A stretch of 64,000 bases of DNA from an uncultured virus (IMG/VR IMGVR_UViG_3300032295_003395) (Duplodnaviria > Heunggongvirae > Uroviricota > Caudoviricetes): the IMG/VR virus record IMGVR_UViG_3300032295_003395, one strand, 5' to 3'. A program made the translations under genes and the position numbers. The notes beneath the pieces are model-generated. The model saw only the letters and a program-made list of their open reading frames with translations, had not been told where the DNA came from and searched no databases. Below, one piece after another: positions 55,518 to 64,000 of this stretch (position 1 is its first letter; every line of letters begins with the position of its first letter).

Positions 55518-56888
55518 ATGAAGAGAATAATAATTGTTGGAGCAGGAGTAGCAGGTGTAAACGCAGCAACAAAGCTCGTTGATAATGGTTATCCTGGTGA
55601 AATGATCACAGTAATTGATATGGGTAAAGATCCATATCAACGCAAACCTGAAGAAGTAATGACAGGATTTTTAGGTGCTGGAGGTTGGTCTGATGGTAAA
55701 TTAACTTACCATACAGCAATTGGAGGACAATTATCTAAATATTGCGGTGAGGATAAAGCAATGGAATTGATGGATCAAGTGATTACCAATTTCAAACGTT
55801 TTCACCCTAAACCTGAAGAAGTACAATGTTCAAATCCTGTTGAGGAACCTGAATTCATTAAACCATATTTCGGTTTACGTTTATTCCCAGTATGGCACGT
55901 AGGTACAGATTATCTATCTGAAATTGCTAAAAATTGGTACGATTATTTAGTATCTAAAGGTGTTGAATTTCAATGGGAAACTAAAGTAACTAAAATTAAT
56001 TTTAAACATAATATTGTAGTTACAAACGCTAGTGAAGTGGATAATTTTACTTTAGACTATGATGAACTTATATTTGCTGTAGGTAAATCAGGTATTGATT
56101 TCGCTCAACAATTAGCCCAAGAATATGAACTACCAGATGAACCTAAATCAGTACAAATTGGTGTTCGATTTGAGGCACCACAAGAACACTTTCAAAAACT
56201 AATCGATATTTCATATGACTTCAAGTTATATAGAAAATTTGATGATGAAGGAGTATCATTACGTTCATTCTGTACAAACAATAATGCTGCTTATGTTGCT
56301 GTAGAAGAAACATATGGAGATCACAGTTACAATGGTCACGCTAAAAAAGACGAAGCATATAGAAATAATATGACTAACTTTGGTATCTTGATGGAAATCA
56401 ATGGTATTGAAGATCCATTTACTTGGTCACGTGAAGTTGTAAATAAATTACAATCAAACGGAACTGGTTTGTATTATAGTCCATCTCGTAAACCATCAAC
56501 AACATCTGAAGGTAACAATGTAACTTCAACTCAAATTAGTTTAGATACACTTACTCATGTTGTAGAACCAGCAATGGGTGGTTATTTCAAATATGTTATG
56601 GACTTTATTATGGATATGAAAAAAGTATTCCCAACATTAGAAGATGATTGGGGTATGTATATTCCTGAAGTAAAATATCTATCACCTGAGGTAAAAGTAG
56701 ATTATAAAAATTTAGCACTAGTAGATTATCCAAATGTACACTTTGTAGGTGATGCATTATCAGCACGAGGTATTACAGTATCAGGAGCTCAAGCAATTTA
56801 TGTTGCTGAATCTATGCTTGGAAAACCTAAACAAGAGCCGTATATTTGTGAATGGGATAATCATCAAGGAGATTTAATTAATCAATAA
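55518..56888 (+). CDS. NAD(P)/FAD-dependent oxidoreductase
   Basis: IVGAGVAG, GAGGWSDGKL, IGVRFE, RSFCTN, PEVKY, FVGD. Confidence 0.88.
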   Translation: MKRIIIVGAGVAGVNAATKLVDNGYPGEMITVIDMGKDPYQRKPEEVMTGFLGAGGWSDGKLTYHTAIGGQLSKYCGEDKAMELMDQVITNFKRFHPKPEEVQCSNPVEEPEFIKPYFGLRLFPVWHVGTDYLSEIAKNWYDYLVSKGVEFQWETKVTKINFKHNIVVTNASEVDNFTLDYDELIFAVGKSGIDFAQQLAQEYELPDEPKSVQIGVRFEAPQEHFQKLIDISYDFKLYRKFDDEGVSLRSFCTNNNAAYVAVEETYGDHSYNGHAKKDEAYRNNMTNFGILMEINGIEDPFTWSREVVNKLQSNGTGLYYSPSRKPSTTSEGNNVTSTQISLDTLTHVVEPAMGGYFKYVMDFIMDMKKVFPTLEDDWGMYIPEVKYLSPEVKVDYKNLALVDYPNVHFVGDALSARGITVSGAQAIYVAESMLGKPKQEPYICEWDNHQGDLINQ

Positions 56889-56889
56889 T

Positions 56890-57150
56890 ATGGAAAATCA
56901 AACAAATAGAAAATTTGCACCTTCAAAAAAGCTTGTTAAACCTGATGGAACTATAGCTTATACATTTGATAATAAACTTCACAATTGGGAAGGACCAGCA
57001 TTAATTCCAGAAGGAAATAACCGCAAACGAGAATATTATTTAAATGGTATCCAATTGACTGAAACGGAATGGAAATCTGCTCGTAAAGAACGAGAAGGCC
57101 TTCCATGGTATAAAGGAGCATCCGGAAAAGGAGCAACAAATAGATTTTAA
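56890..57150 (+). CDS. hypothetical protein
   Basis: LHNWEGPA..EYYLNG unit; promoter CTTG-N20-TATATTTG at 56817-56848. Confidence 0.65.
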   Translation: MENQTNRKFAPSKKLVKPDGTIAYTFDNKLHNWEGPALIPEGNNRKREYYLNGIQLTETEWKSARKEREGLPWYKGASGKGATNRF

Positions 57151-57151
57151 T

Positions 57152-57535
57152 ATGGGACACAAATATGAACCAATTCCTCGTAAAGGAGATAGATATGAAA
57201 AAGCATGGGGTTATGAACTTTGGATTGTAAATCATGATGCTTATTGTGGTAAACTTTTAGTATTTGAAAAGGATAAAAAATTTTCAATGCATTATCATAT
57301 GATTAAAGAAGAATCATGGTATGTTGCAAAAGGAGAATTTGAATATAGATGGATTGATACTGAAACAGCAACAATTGCATCAACTTGGATTAGTGAAGGA
57401 GATGTTGTAGATTTAGAACGTGGTCAACCACATCAATTACAAGCGCTTACTGAAGGAGCTACAATTTTTGAAGTATCAAGTAAACATTACGAAGAAGATA
57501 GTTATAGAGTTATGAAAGGAGATTCACAAGGATGA
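57152..57535 (+). CDS. cupin (mannose-6-phosphate isomerase type II C-terminal-like)
   Basis: KAWGYE, FSMHYHMIKEESWYV, GQPHQL, FEVS, DSYR. Confidence 0.85.
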   Translation: MGHKYEPIPRKGDRYEKAWGYELWIVNHDAYCGKLLVFEKDKKFSMHYHMIKEESWYVAKGEFEYRWIDTETATIASTWISEGDVVDLERGQPHQLQALTEGATIFEVSSKHYEEDSYRVMKGDSQG

Positions 57536-58062
57536 AAATAGGATTTTGTGGTACAATGAGTGTAGGTAAAACAACACTTGTCAATGCACTTAAAGAATTA
57601 CCTGAATTTAAAAATTACACATTCAGGACAGAACGTAGTAAATATTTAATGGAATTAGGTATTCCGTTGAACACTGATTCAACTACTAAAGGTCAAGCTG
57701 TATTTTTAGCAGAACGAGCAAGTGAATTGATGCAAGAAAATATTATTACTGATCGTACTATTATTGATGTAATGTCATTTGCAAAAGCATCTAAATCAAT
57801 GAATTATTACGATGCTGAAAAATTTTGTGAATTTGCTAGAACACTACTTCATGAATATGATTATTTATTTTATGTTTCTCCTAAAGGAGTAGAAATGGAA
57901 GATAATGGAGTTCGTGAAACTGATTTACAATATAGAGAAACAATCGATTCTATTATTAAACATCAGTTAGATTCTAATAAACATAGAATAAAAAAATTAG
58001 TGCGTATTACGGGTTCTACTGAAGAACGTATTGCACAGGTGAAATCTGCCCTTTTTTCATAA
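57532..58062 (+). CDS. P-loop nucleoside/nucleotide kinase (NadR/AAA_28-like)
   Basis: GTMSVGKTT, ITDRTIID, EDNGVR, GSTEERI. Confidence 0.8.
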   Translation: MKIGFCGTMSVGKTTLVNALKELPEFKNYTFRTERSKYLMELGIPLNTDSTTKGQAVFLAERASELMQENIITDRTIIDVMSFAKASKSMNYYDAEKFCEFARTLLHEYDYLFYVSPKGVEMEDNGVRETDLQYRETIDSIIKHQLDSNKHRIKKLVRITGSTEERIAQVKSALFS

Positions 58063-58087
58063 TATTTATAACAAAATATTTTTATCA

Positions 58088-58525
58088 ATGAAAAAATCAG
58101 AAGCCAAAGAATACATTAAAGAACTTATTGTAGCTGAATTGTCTGAAACGAATGTAGAAGAAGGAACATATGTTGGTGCAGGAGCTGTTGCCGCTCTTCA
58201 AAAAGATCCTAAATTTGCCGCTTCGAAAGATAAAGTAACTCCTATCAACACCTTAAAAGCTGGAGGAAGTGTTACTCTAGAAAACGAAGAATTTGATATG
58301 GAACCTTCAGCAACAGATATAGATAATAACCTTTCTGTAATTAAATTAAAATCAAAACATGAAGGTGTAGTCAAAATGATGAAAGCAATTGCCAATAAAT
58401 GGAAAAATGCTGACGGACCTGAAAAAGATAAATTCTTTGCACAATTAAAAGATTTAACTAAGATTAAAAAAGAATTAGAAGCATTGATGAACCCATCAAT
58501 GGAAGACGACGACGAAGAATTTTAA
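58088..58525 (+). CDS. hypothetical protein
   Basis: MKKSEAKEYIKELIVAELSE N-terminus; late motif upstream. Confidence 0.65.
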   Translation: MKKSEAKEYIKELIVAELSETNVEEGTYVGAGAVAALQKDPKFAASKDKVTPINTLKAGGSVTLENEEFDMEPSATDIDNNLSVIKLKSKHEGVVKMMKAIANKWKNADGPEKDKFFAQLKDLTKIKKELEALMNPSMEDDDEEF

Positions 58526-58875
58526 TGAAATATATTTATCAAATTTTGAGTTATGCAGTTGTTATTACAATAGCTGTGATTATTACCACAAACCTTAAAT
58601 ATGCTCGTGGTATAGATTATAAAAACGAAATTAATAATCTACATAAACAAAATGACTCATTACAAGCTAATATAGATTCTAACACAGTTATAATCAAATC
58701 TTTATCTTTAGAAATTGATAGTTTCAAACTTAAAGTGGAAGAAGATAAAAAAGAATTAGCTAATTTGAAAATAAAAGCTAAGAAAAATAAACAAAAGTAC
58801 AATGAAGAATCTAATCGCATTAATTCTCTTAGTAACGCTGCCGTTATTAGCGAGTTCACAAACGCTTTCGAATGA
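58525..58875 (+). CDS. membrane-anchored coiled-coil protein (spanin-like)
   Basis: N-terminal TM and coiled coil; overlaps next gene by 74 nt. Confidence 0.5.
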   Translation: MKYIYQILSYAVVITIAVIITTNLKYARGIDYKNEINNLHKQNDSLQANIDSNTVIIKSLSLEIDSFKLKVEEDKKELANLKIKAKKNKQKYNEESNRINSLSNAAVISEFTNAFE

Positions 58876-59206
58876 TAGTACTTGTTGCGTTCCCTGTAAA
58901 TCATTAAAAAAAGCTTTACTTGTAAAAACAGAACGTGATTATTTAAAAGAACAAATTGGAGTCGCTCGCGACTCTATTGTTATTTTATCTAGAATTGTAA
59001 CAAATCAAGATTCTGTTATTATCAAACAAGATAGTACAATATCTTTATATAAGAAAAATGAGGAAGAATATACTCAAATTATTAAAAATAAAGATACTGA
59101 AATAGAAATCAAAGATAAACAGATTAAAAAAGCAAAAAATAAAGCAAGAGTAGCTTGGATTACAACAGGTGCAAGTGCTATTGCTTTTATAATAATATTG
59201 TTATGA
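58802..59206 (+). CDS. secreted coiled-coil protein with C-terminal TM (spanin-like partner)
   Basis: signal ASS-Q, coiled coil, hydrophobic C-terminus. Confidence 0.5.
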   Translation: MKNLIALILLVTLPLLASSQTLSNDSTCCVPCKSLKKALLVKTERDYLKEQIGVARDSIVILSRIVTNQDSVIIKQDSTISLYKKNEEEYTQIIKNKDTEIEIKDKQIKKAKNKARVAWITTGASAIAFIIILL

Positions 59207-60768
59207 GTCAAGATTTAAGACAAATAATTCGCGAAGAATATATTAAGTGTGCCCAAGATCCGGCACACTTTATGCGTAAATATTGTCATATCCAACATCC
59301 TCAAAGAGGTAGAGTTTTATTCAACCTATACCCATTCCAGGATAAAACATTAAAATTATTTAGAGATAATCCTTATTCAATTGTATTAAAATCAAGACAG
59401 TTGGGTATCTCAACATTAGCCGCAGGTTATTCTTTGTGGTTAATGTTATTCCATAAAGATAAAAACGTACTCTGTATTGCAACCAAACAGGAAACTGCTA
59501 AAAACATGGTTACTAAGGTTAAGTTTATGTATGATAACTTGCCTTCCTGGTTAAAAATACCTGCAGACGAACATAACAAATTAACACTTCGTTTAAACAA
59601 CGGTTCCCAAATCAAAGCCACTTCAGCATCAAGTGATGCAGGTCGATCAGAAGCAGTATCTTTGCTAGTAGTCGATGAGGCCGCTTTCATTGAAAATATT
59701 GGTGAGATTTGGGCTTCAGCTCAACAAACCTTAGCAACTGGAGGGGGTGCAATTGTATTATCAACTCCTTATGGTACAGGTAATTGGTTCCACCAAACAT
59801 GGGTAAGAGCAGAAGCTCAAGATAATGATTTTTTACCTATTAAATTACCTTGGTATGTTCACCCTGAACGAAACGAAGAATGGAGAAAACGTCAAGATGA
59901 ATTACTAGGTGACCCTAGATTAGCAGCTCAAGAATGTGATTGTGACTTTAGTACTTCAGGTGATGTTGTATTTTATAATGAATGGATAGATTTTATTAAA
60001 GAAACAACAATCCAAGATCCTTTAGAACGAAGAGGAGCTGACCAAAATTTATGGATTTGGGAACCAGCAGATTATTCTAGAGATTATATGATTGTTGCTG
60101 ACGTTGCTCGAGGAGATGGAAAAGACTCTTCAGCATGTCATGTTATAGACATAGCAACAAATACCCAAGTAGCAGAATATAAAGGACAATTACCACCTAA
60201 AGAATATGGTTATTTTTTAGTAGGTTTAGCTTCTGAATACAATAATGCAATGCTTGTAGTAGAAAATGCTTCTATCGGTTGGGCAACACTAGATGCTATT
60301 ATTGAAAGAGGATATAGAAATCTATATCAATCACCCAAATCAGATGTAATGACAGCAGAATCATATTTGAGAATATTTGAAGGTAATTCTGATATGACTC
60401 CTGGTTTTACAATGTCTATGAGAACAAGACCACTTGTAGTAAATAAATTCCGTGAATATGTTGGGGATCGCTCCGTAACTATTCGTTCAAAACGATTATT
60501 AGAAGAAATGAAAGTATTCGTTTGGAAAAATGGTAGACCCGAAGCACAAACCGGATACAATGATGATTTAGTAATGTCTTTTGGTATAGGAATGTACCTG
60601 AGAGACACATCTTTAAAATTTCAACAACAATCTCACGATATGACTCGAGCTACGCTTGGTAATATGAGTAAGAGTACGTATGTTGGTGCTTATAATTCAA
60701 ACCAAGTAAAAAATCCATATTCTATTCAAACAGATAAAGGAATGGAGGATATTAGCTGGTTGCGATAA
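59203..60768 (+). CDS. terL: terminase large subunit (T4 gp17-like)
   Basis: LYPFQ, KSRQLGIST, LLVVDEAAF, LSTPYG, ADVARGDGKDSS, NDDLVMS. Confidence 0.95.
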   Translation: MSQDLRQIIREEYIKCAQDPAHFMRKYCHIQHPQRGRVLFNLYPFQDKTLKLFRDNPYSIVLKSRQLGISTLAAGYSLWLMLFHKDKNVLCIATKQETAKNMVTKVKFMYDNLPSWLKIPADEHNKLTLRLNNGSQIKATSASSDAGRSEAVSLLVVDEAAFIENIGEIWASAQQTLATGGGAIVLSTPYGTGNWFHQTWVRAEAQDNDFLPIKLPWYVHPERNEEWRKRQDELLGDPRLAAQECDCDFSTSGDVVFYNEWIDFIKETTIQDPLERRGADQNLWIWEPADYSRDYMIVADVARGDGKDSSACHVIDIATNTQVAEYKGQLPPKEYGYFLVGLASEYNNAMLVVENASIGWATLDAIIERGYRNLYQSPKSDVMTAESYLRIFEGNSDMTPGFTMSMRTRPLVVNKFREYVGDRSVTIRSKRLLEEMKVFVWKNGRPEAQTGYNDDLVMSFGIGMYLRDTSLKFQQQSHDMTRATLGNMSKSTYVGAYNSNQVKNPYSIQTDKGMEDISWLR

Positions 60769-60795
60769 TATTTATATATATAATAAAAAAACAAA

Positions 60796-62697
60796 ATGGC
60801 AGATACTAGTTTATTCACCCGATTACAACGATTGTTTTCAACAGATGTTATTGTACGAAATGTAGGGGGAAATCAATTAAAAGTAATGGATGTAGACTCT
60901 ATCCAACAATCAGGAGATATTGCTACTAATTCATTAATGGATAGATATAATCGCTTATATTCTCCAGCCGCTTCATCATTATTAGGTGCCCAAATTAATA
61001 TAAATTGGCAATACCTAAGAACCATGGTCTATTCAGACTATGATAATATGGACTATGATGCTATTGTGGCTTCTGCTCTTGATATTGTTGCTGATGAAAG
61101 TACATTAAAAAATGATTTAGGTGAAGTACTTCGTATTAAAAGTAATAACGAAGATATTCAACAAATTTTATATAATTTGTTTTATGATGTATTAAATATT
61201 GAATTTAATCTTTGGTCTTGGATTCGCCAAATGTGTAAATATGGTGACTTTTTCCTCAAAATGGAAATTGCTGAAAAATATGGTGTTTATAATGTTATTC
61301 CTTATACAGCATATCATATTGAAAGACAAGAAAATTATGATAAAGAACATCCAAATGCTGTAAGATTTAGATATTCACCTGAAGGTATTTATGCTGGTGG
61401 ATCAGGTTATTACGGTTCTCCTAATTTAGGATCATTTAATGATAACGAGCAAGGTATTTTCTTTGATAACTATGAAATGGCACATTTTAGATTGTTAACA
61501 GATGTTAATTATCTTCCTTATGGTCGTTCATATTTGGAACCAGCTCGTCGTATTTTTAAACAATATGTGTTGATGGAAGATGCTATGTTAATTCATAGAA
61601 TTTCCCGCAGTCCTGACAGACGTATTTTCTACATTAACGTAGGTTCAATTCCACCAAATGAAGTAGAAAATTTCATGCAGAAAACAATTTCTACCATGAA
61701 ACGTACTCCATTAATGGATCAACAAACAGGTGAATATAACCTTAAATACAATATGCAAAACTTGTTGGAAGACTTTTACATTCCAATTCGTGGAAATGAT
61801 ACATCAACTAAAATTGAAACTACACCTGGTTTACAATATGATGGTATTCAAGATGTTACTTATTTACGTGATAAATTATTTGCTGCCCTTAAAGTTCCAA
61901 AAGCATTTATGGGTTATGATAAGGATTTAAGTGGTAAAGCAACATTGGCTGCTGAAGATATACGTTTTGCTCGCACAATTGACCGTATACAACGCATTAC
62001 CTTATCAGAATTATATAAGATCGCGTTGGTTCATTTATATTCGCAAGGTTACACCGGAGATGAATTAACTAATTTTGAATTAGATTTAACAGGTCCATCA
62101 ATTATCTATGATCAAGAAAAAATTGCTTTGTTAACTCAAAAGGTTGATTTAGCTAAAAACATCATGGAAACTAAATTATTACCAACTGACTGGATTTACG
62201 ATCATATATTTAACTTTAGTCAAGATGAATATGATGAATATAGAGATTTATTAGCTGAAGATCAAAAACGTACCTTTAGATTTAAACAATTAGAGGAAGA
62301 AGGTAATGACCCTAAAGTTACAGGTCGTTCATACGGTACACCACATGATTTGGCTTCATTGTATGGTAAAGGTAGAATGTATTCTGAACCTGATAGTGTG
62401 CCTGTAGGATATGGAGATGATTTAGAATTAGGTCGTCCTGAAGAAAAAGTGACAGATCGCAATACTCAAGATGATTTCTTAGGTAAAGACAGATTAGGAG
62501 CAAAAGGAATGAAAAACGATGATAACGAATCAGATTCAATTCGTCCTCAATATAAAGGAAATTCTCCATTAGCACTGGAAGCGAAACAAGTTTATCTTAA
62601 AAATAAATCATTAATTGAAAGCATGGTTAAAAAGATTTCAAATAATGAAGATAAACCGAAAGAATCATTGTTAGATGAAAGTCAAATAAGAGAATAA
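60796..62697 (+). CDS. portal protein (T4 gp20-like)
   Basis: LMEDAMLIHRISRSPDRRIFYINVG, LEDFYIPIRG, KLFAALKVPK. Confidence 0.95.
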   Translation: MADTSLFTRLQRLFSTDVIVRNVGGNQLKVMDVDSIQQSGDIATNSLMDRYNRLYSPAASSLLGAQININWQYLRTMVYSDYDNMDYDAIVASALDIVADESTLKNDLGEVLRIKSNNEDIQQILYNLFYDVLNIEFNLWSWIRQMCKYGDFFLKMEIAEKYGVYNVIPYTAYHIERQENYDKEHPNAVRFRYSPEGIYAGGSGYYGSPNLGSFNDNEQGIFFDNYEMAHFRLLTDVNYLPYGRSYLEPARRIFKQYVLMEDAMLIHRISRSPDRRIFYINVGSIPPNEVENFMQKTISTMKRTPLMDQQTGEYNLKYNMQNLLEDFYIPIRGNDTSTKIETTPGLQYDGIQDVTYLRDKLFAALKVPKAFMGYDKDLSGKATLAAEDIRFARTIDRIQRITLSELYKIALVHLYSQGYTGDELTNFELDLTGPSIIYDQEKIALLTQKVDLAKNIMETKLLPTDWIYDHIFNFSQDEYDEYRDLLAEDQKRTFRFKQLEEEGNDPKVTGRSYGTPHDLASLYGKGRMYSEPDSVPVGYGDDLELGRPEEKVTDRNTQDDFLGKDRLGAKGMKNDDNESDSIRPQYKGNSPLALEAKQVYLKNKSLIESMVKKISNNEDKPKESLLDESQIRE

Positions 62698-62731
62698 AAA
62701 TCTTTATATATTTATAATAAAACCTTTAAGG

Positions 62732-63589
62732 ATGAATATAAAACATTCTAAATATAAGAATACGGGCATTCTGTTTGAACTCTTGGTAAGACAAATTACC
62801 TCGGATACTTTATCCGGCAAAGATTCAAAAGCAACACATATTCTAAAAAAATATTTTGTTAAAACGGAATTAGGAAGAGAATACAAATTGTATGAAACTC
62901 TATCTAAACATAAAAACCTTACAGAAGGTAAAGCAGAAGTTGTAATTAATTCAGTTATTGAATCGTCTAAAAACCTAAACAGAGGTACATTAAAAAGACA
63001 AAAATATAATTTAATTAAAGAAATATCTAAACATTATAATTTAGATGAGTTTTTTAAAACAAAGCTTCCAACTTATAAAACTCATGCTGCTTTATATACT
63101 TTAGTTGAAATATATAACAGTGAATTGTTATCAAATCCTGATCAAATAATCAATAATAAAATTGCTATTTTAGAAAGTTTAACAACACGCGCTGTTGATA
63201 AACAAAAAGTAGAAGATGATTTGATGACTGAATTTCAATCATACGATAAAGATTTACGTATTTTAACATACAAAGTAATGTTAGAAAAATTTAATGGTAA
63301 ATACGCTAATCTGAATGATAACCAAAAATCAGTATTAAAAGAATTTATCAATTCTGTTGATTCAACTCCTAAATTAAAAGAATTTTATAATACTAAAATT
63401 CAAGAAATTAAAAGCGAGTTAAATAAGGTAACTAAAAAAGTTACGGATAAAGTTGTAAAAATAAAATTAAATGAAGTTAACAATATGTTATTACCTTTAG
63501 GCAAATTAGCTAACGTTGGTAATGATGATTTAGTTAATTTATTACAATATTATTCACTTTTAGGAGAACTTCAGAAAGCAAATGGGTAA
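62732..63589 (+). CDS. hypothetical head-morphogenesis-region protein
   Basis: directly after portal, late motif upstream; KHSKYKNTGILFELLVRQ. Confidence 0.65.
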   Translation: MNIKHSKYKNTGILFELLVRQITSDTLSGKDSKATHILKKYFVKTELGREYKLYETLSKHKNLTEGKAEVVINSVIESSKNLNRGTLKRQKYNLIKEISKHYNLDEFFKTKLPTYKTHAALYTLVEIYNSELLSNPDQIINNKIAILESLTTRAVDKQKVEDDLMTEFQSYDKDLRILTYKVMLEKFNGKYANLNDNQKSVLKEFINSVDSTPKLKEFYNTKIQEIKSELNKVTKKVTDKVVKIKLNEVNNMLLPLGKLANVGNDDLVNLLQYYSLLGELQKANG

Positions 63590-64000
63590 TTTTAAATATA
63601 AATTAAAAGAATTAGAAGTTGGGGATGTAGATGTACGTGATGGAAAAAAATCCACACTTACAGATATTGATCCCGAAACAGGTGCTTTAACATGGGATAT
63701 AACAGATGTTCCAGCATTTGATACAACATTTAATAAATTCGCTCAAGCTAGAGATTTTCTTAAAAAACTAGCATCCGATAAAAGTAATGATTCTAAATTT
63801 AGAGAAATATCTAAAAAGGTAACAAATACTTTTAATGATTTCCGTACACATTTAAGAAATAATTACCCTGAAGAATATGCTAAAGTTAAAAATGTAGCAG
63901 AATCATTGGGAAAAGAATTACAAGAAATGTCTTCCATTGGTTCAAACTCAGGATTTATATCTGGTGGAGAAGGTGAAAATCATAATGGTCCGTCTCCCAA
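63582..64000 (+). CDS. hypothetical protein, truncated by window end
   Basis: open frame MGNFKYKLKELEVGD... to the end of the window. Confidence 0.6.
   Translation, partial: MGNFKYKLKELEVGDVDVRDGKKSTLTDIDPETGALTWDITDVPAFDTTFNKFAQARDFLKKLASDKSNDSKFREISKKVTNTFNDFRTHLRNNYPEEYAKVKNVAESLGKELQEMSSIGSNSGFISGGEGENHNGPSP

Noticed and set aside
59155..59202. Upstream starts given by the ORF track for terminase (59155), 18748, 39172, 50083 and 5161
   Set aside because: Downstream ATGs fit operon overlaps, promoter positions and A-rich initiation contexts better
12364..62886. Minus-strand and alternate-frame ORFs overlapping long + genes
   Set aside because: Shadow ORFs with no motifs, inside well-supported genes
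1..64000. CRISPR array, integrase/transposase, stop-codon recoding
   Set aside because: No regularly spaced repeats or mobile-element motifs; genes are full length in code 11 and no suppressor tRNA was seen

Overview
64 kb segment of a large, AT-rich, T4-like (myovirus-type) phage, almost certainly infecting a Bacteroidota host. Host evidence: TTTG-N20-TAnnTTT promoters, no Shine-Dalgarno sites, signal peptides followed by Gln, and a T9SS C-terminal sorting domain. All credible genes are on the + strand, in the standard code. Order: early genes (two DUF932-like paralogues, RadA-like ATPase, esterase); a 4.5 kb RNA island with 26 tRNA/tRNA-like genes, a ~840 nt GOLLD-like RNA, boxA-like sites and structured spacers; a cell-surface operon (cohesin/dockerin/T9SS protein, CsgG-like lipoprotein, putative beta-barrel, C-type lectin-dockerin); lysis genes; a gp55-like sigma factor; baseplate/tail genes; primase and nucleases; a long block of probable head-packaged proteins and polyproteins; terminase and portal. 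The most striking unannotated signal is a leader-peptide attenuator at 7513-7660. Its 28-codon leader samples 17 amino acids and overlaps a 13-bp antiterminator that gates the downstream tRNA block, which suggests a phage sensor of general tRNA depletion. All protein family calls come from motif recognition by eye, not database searches.
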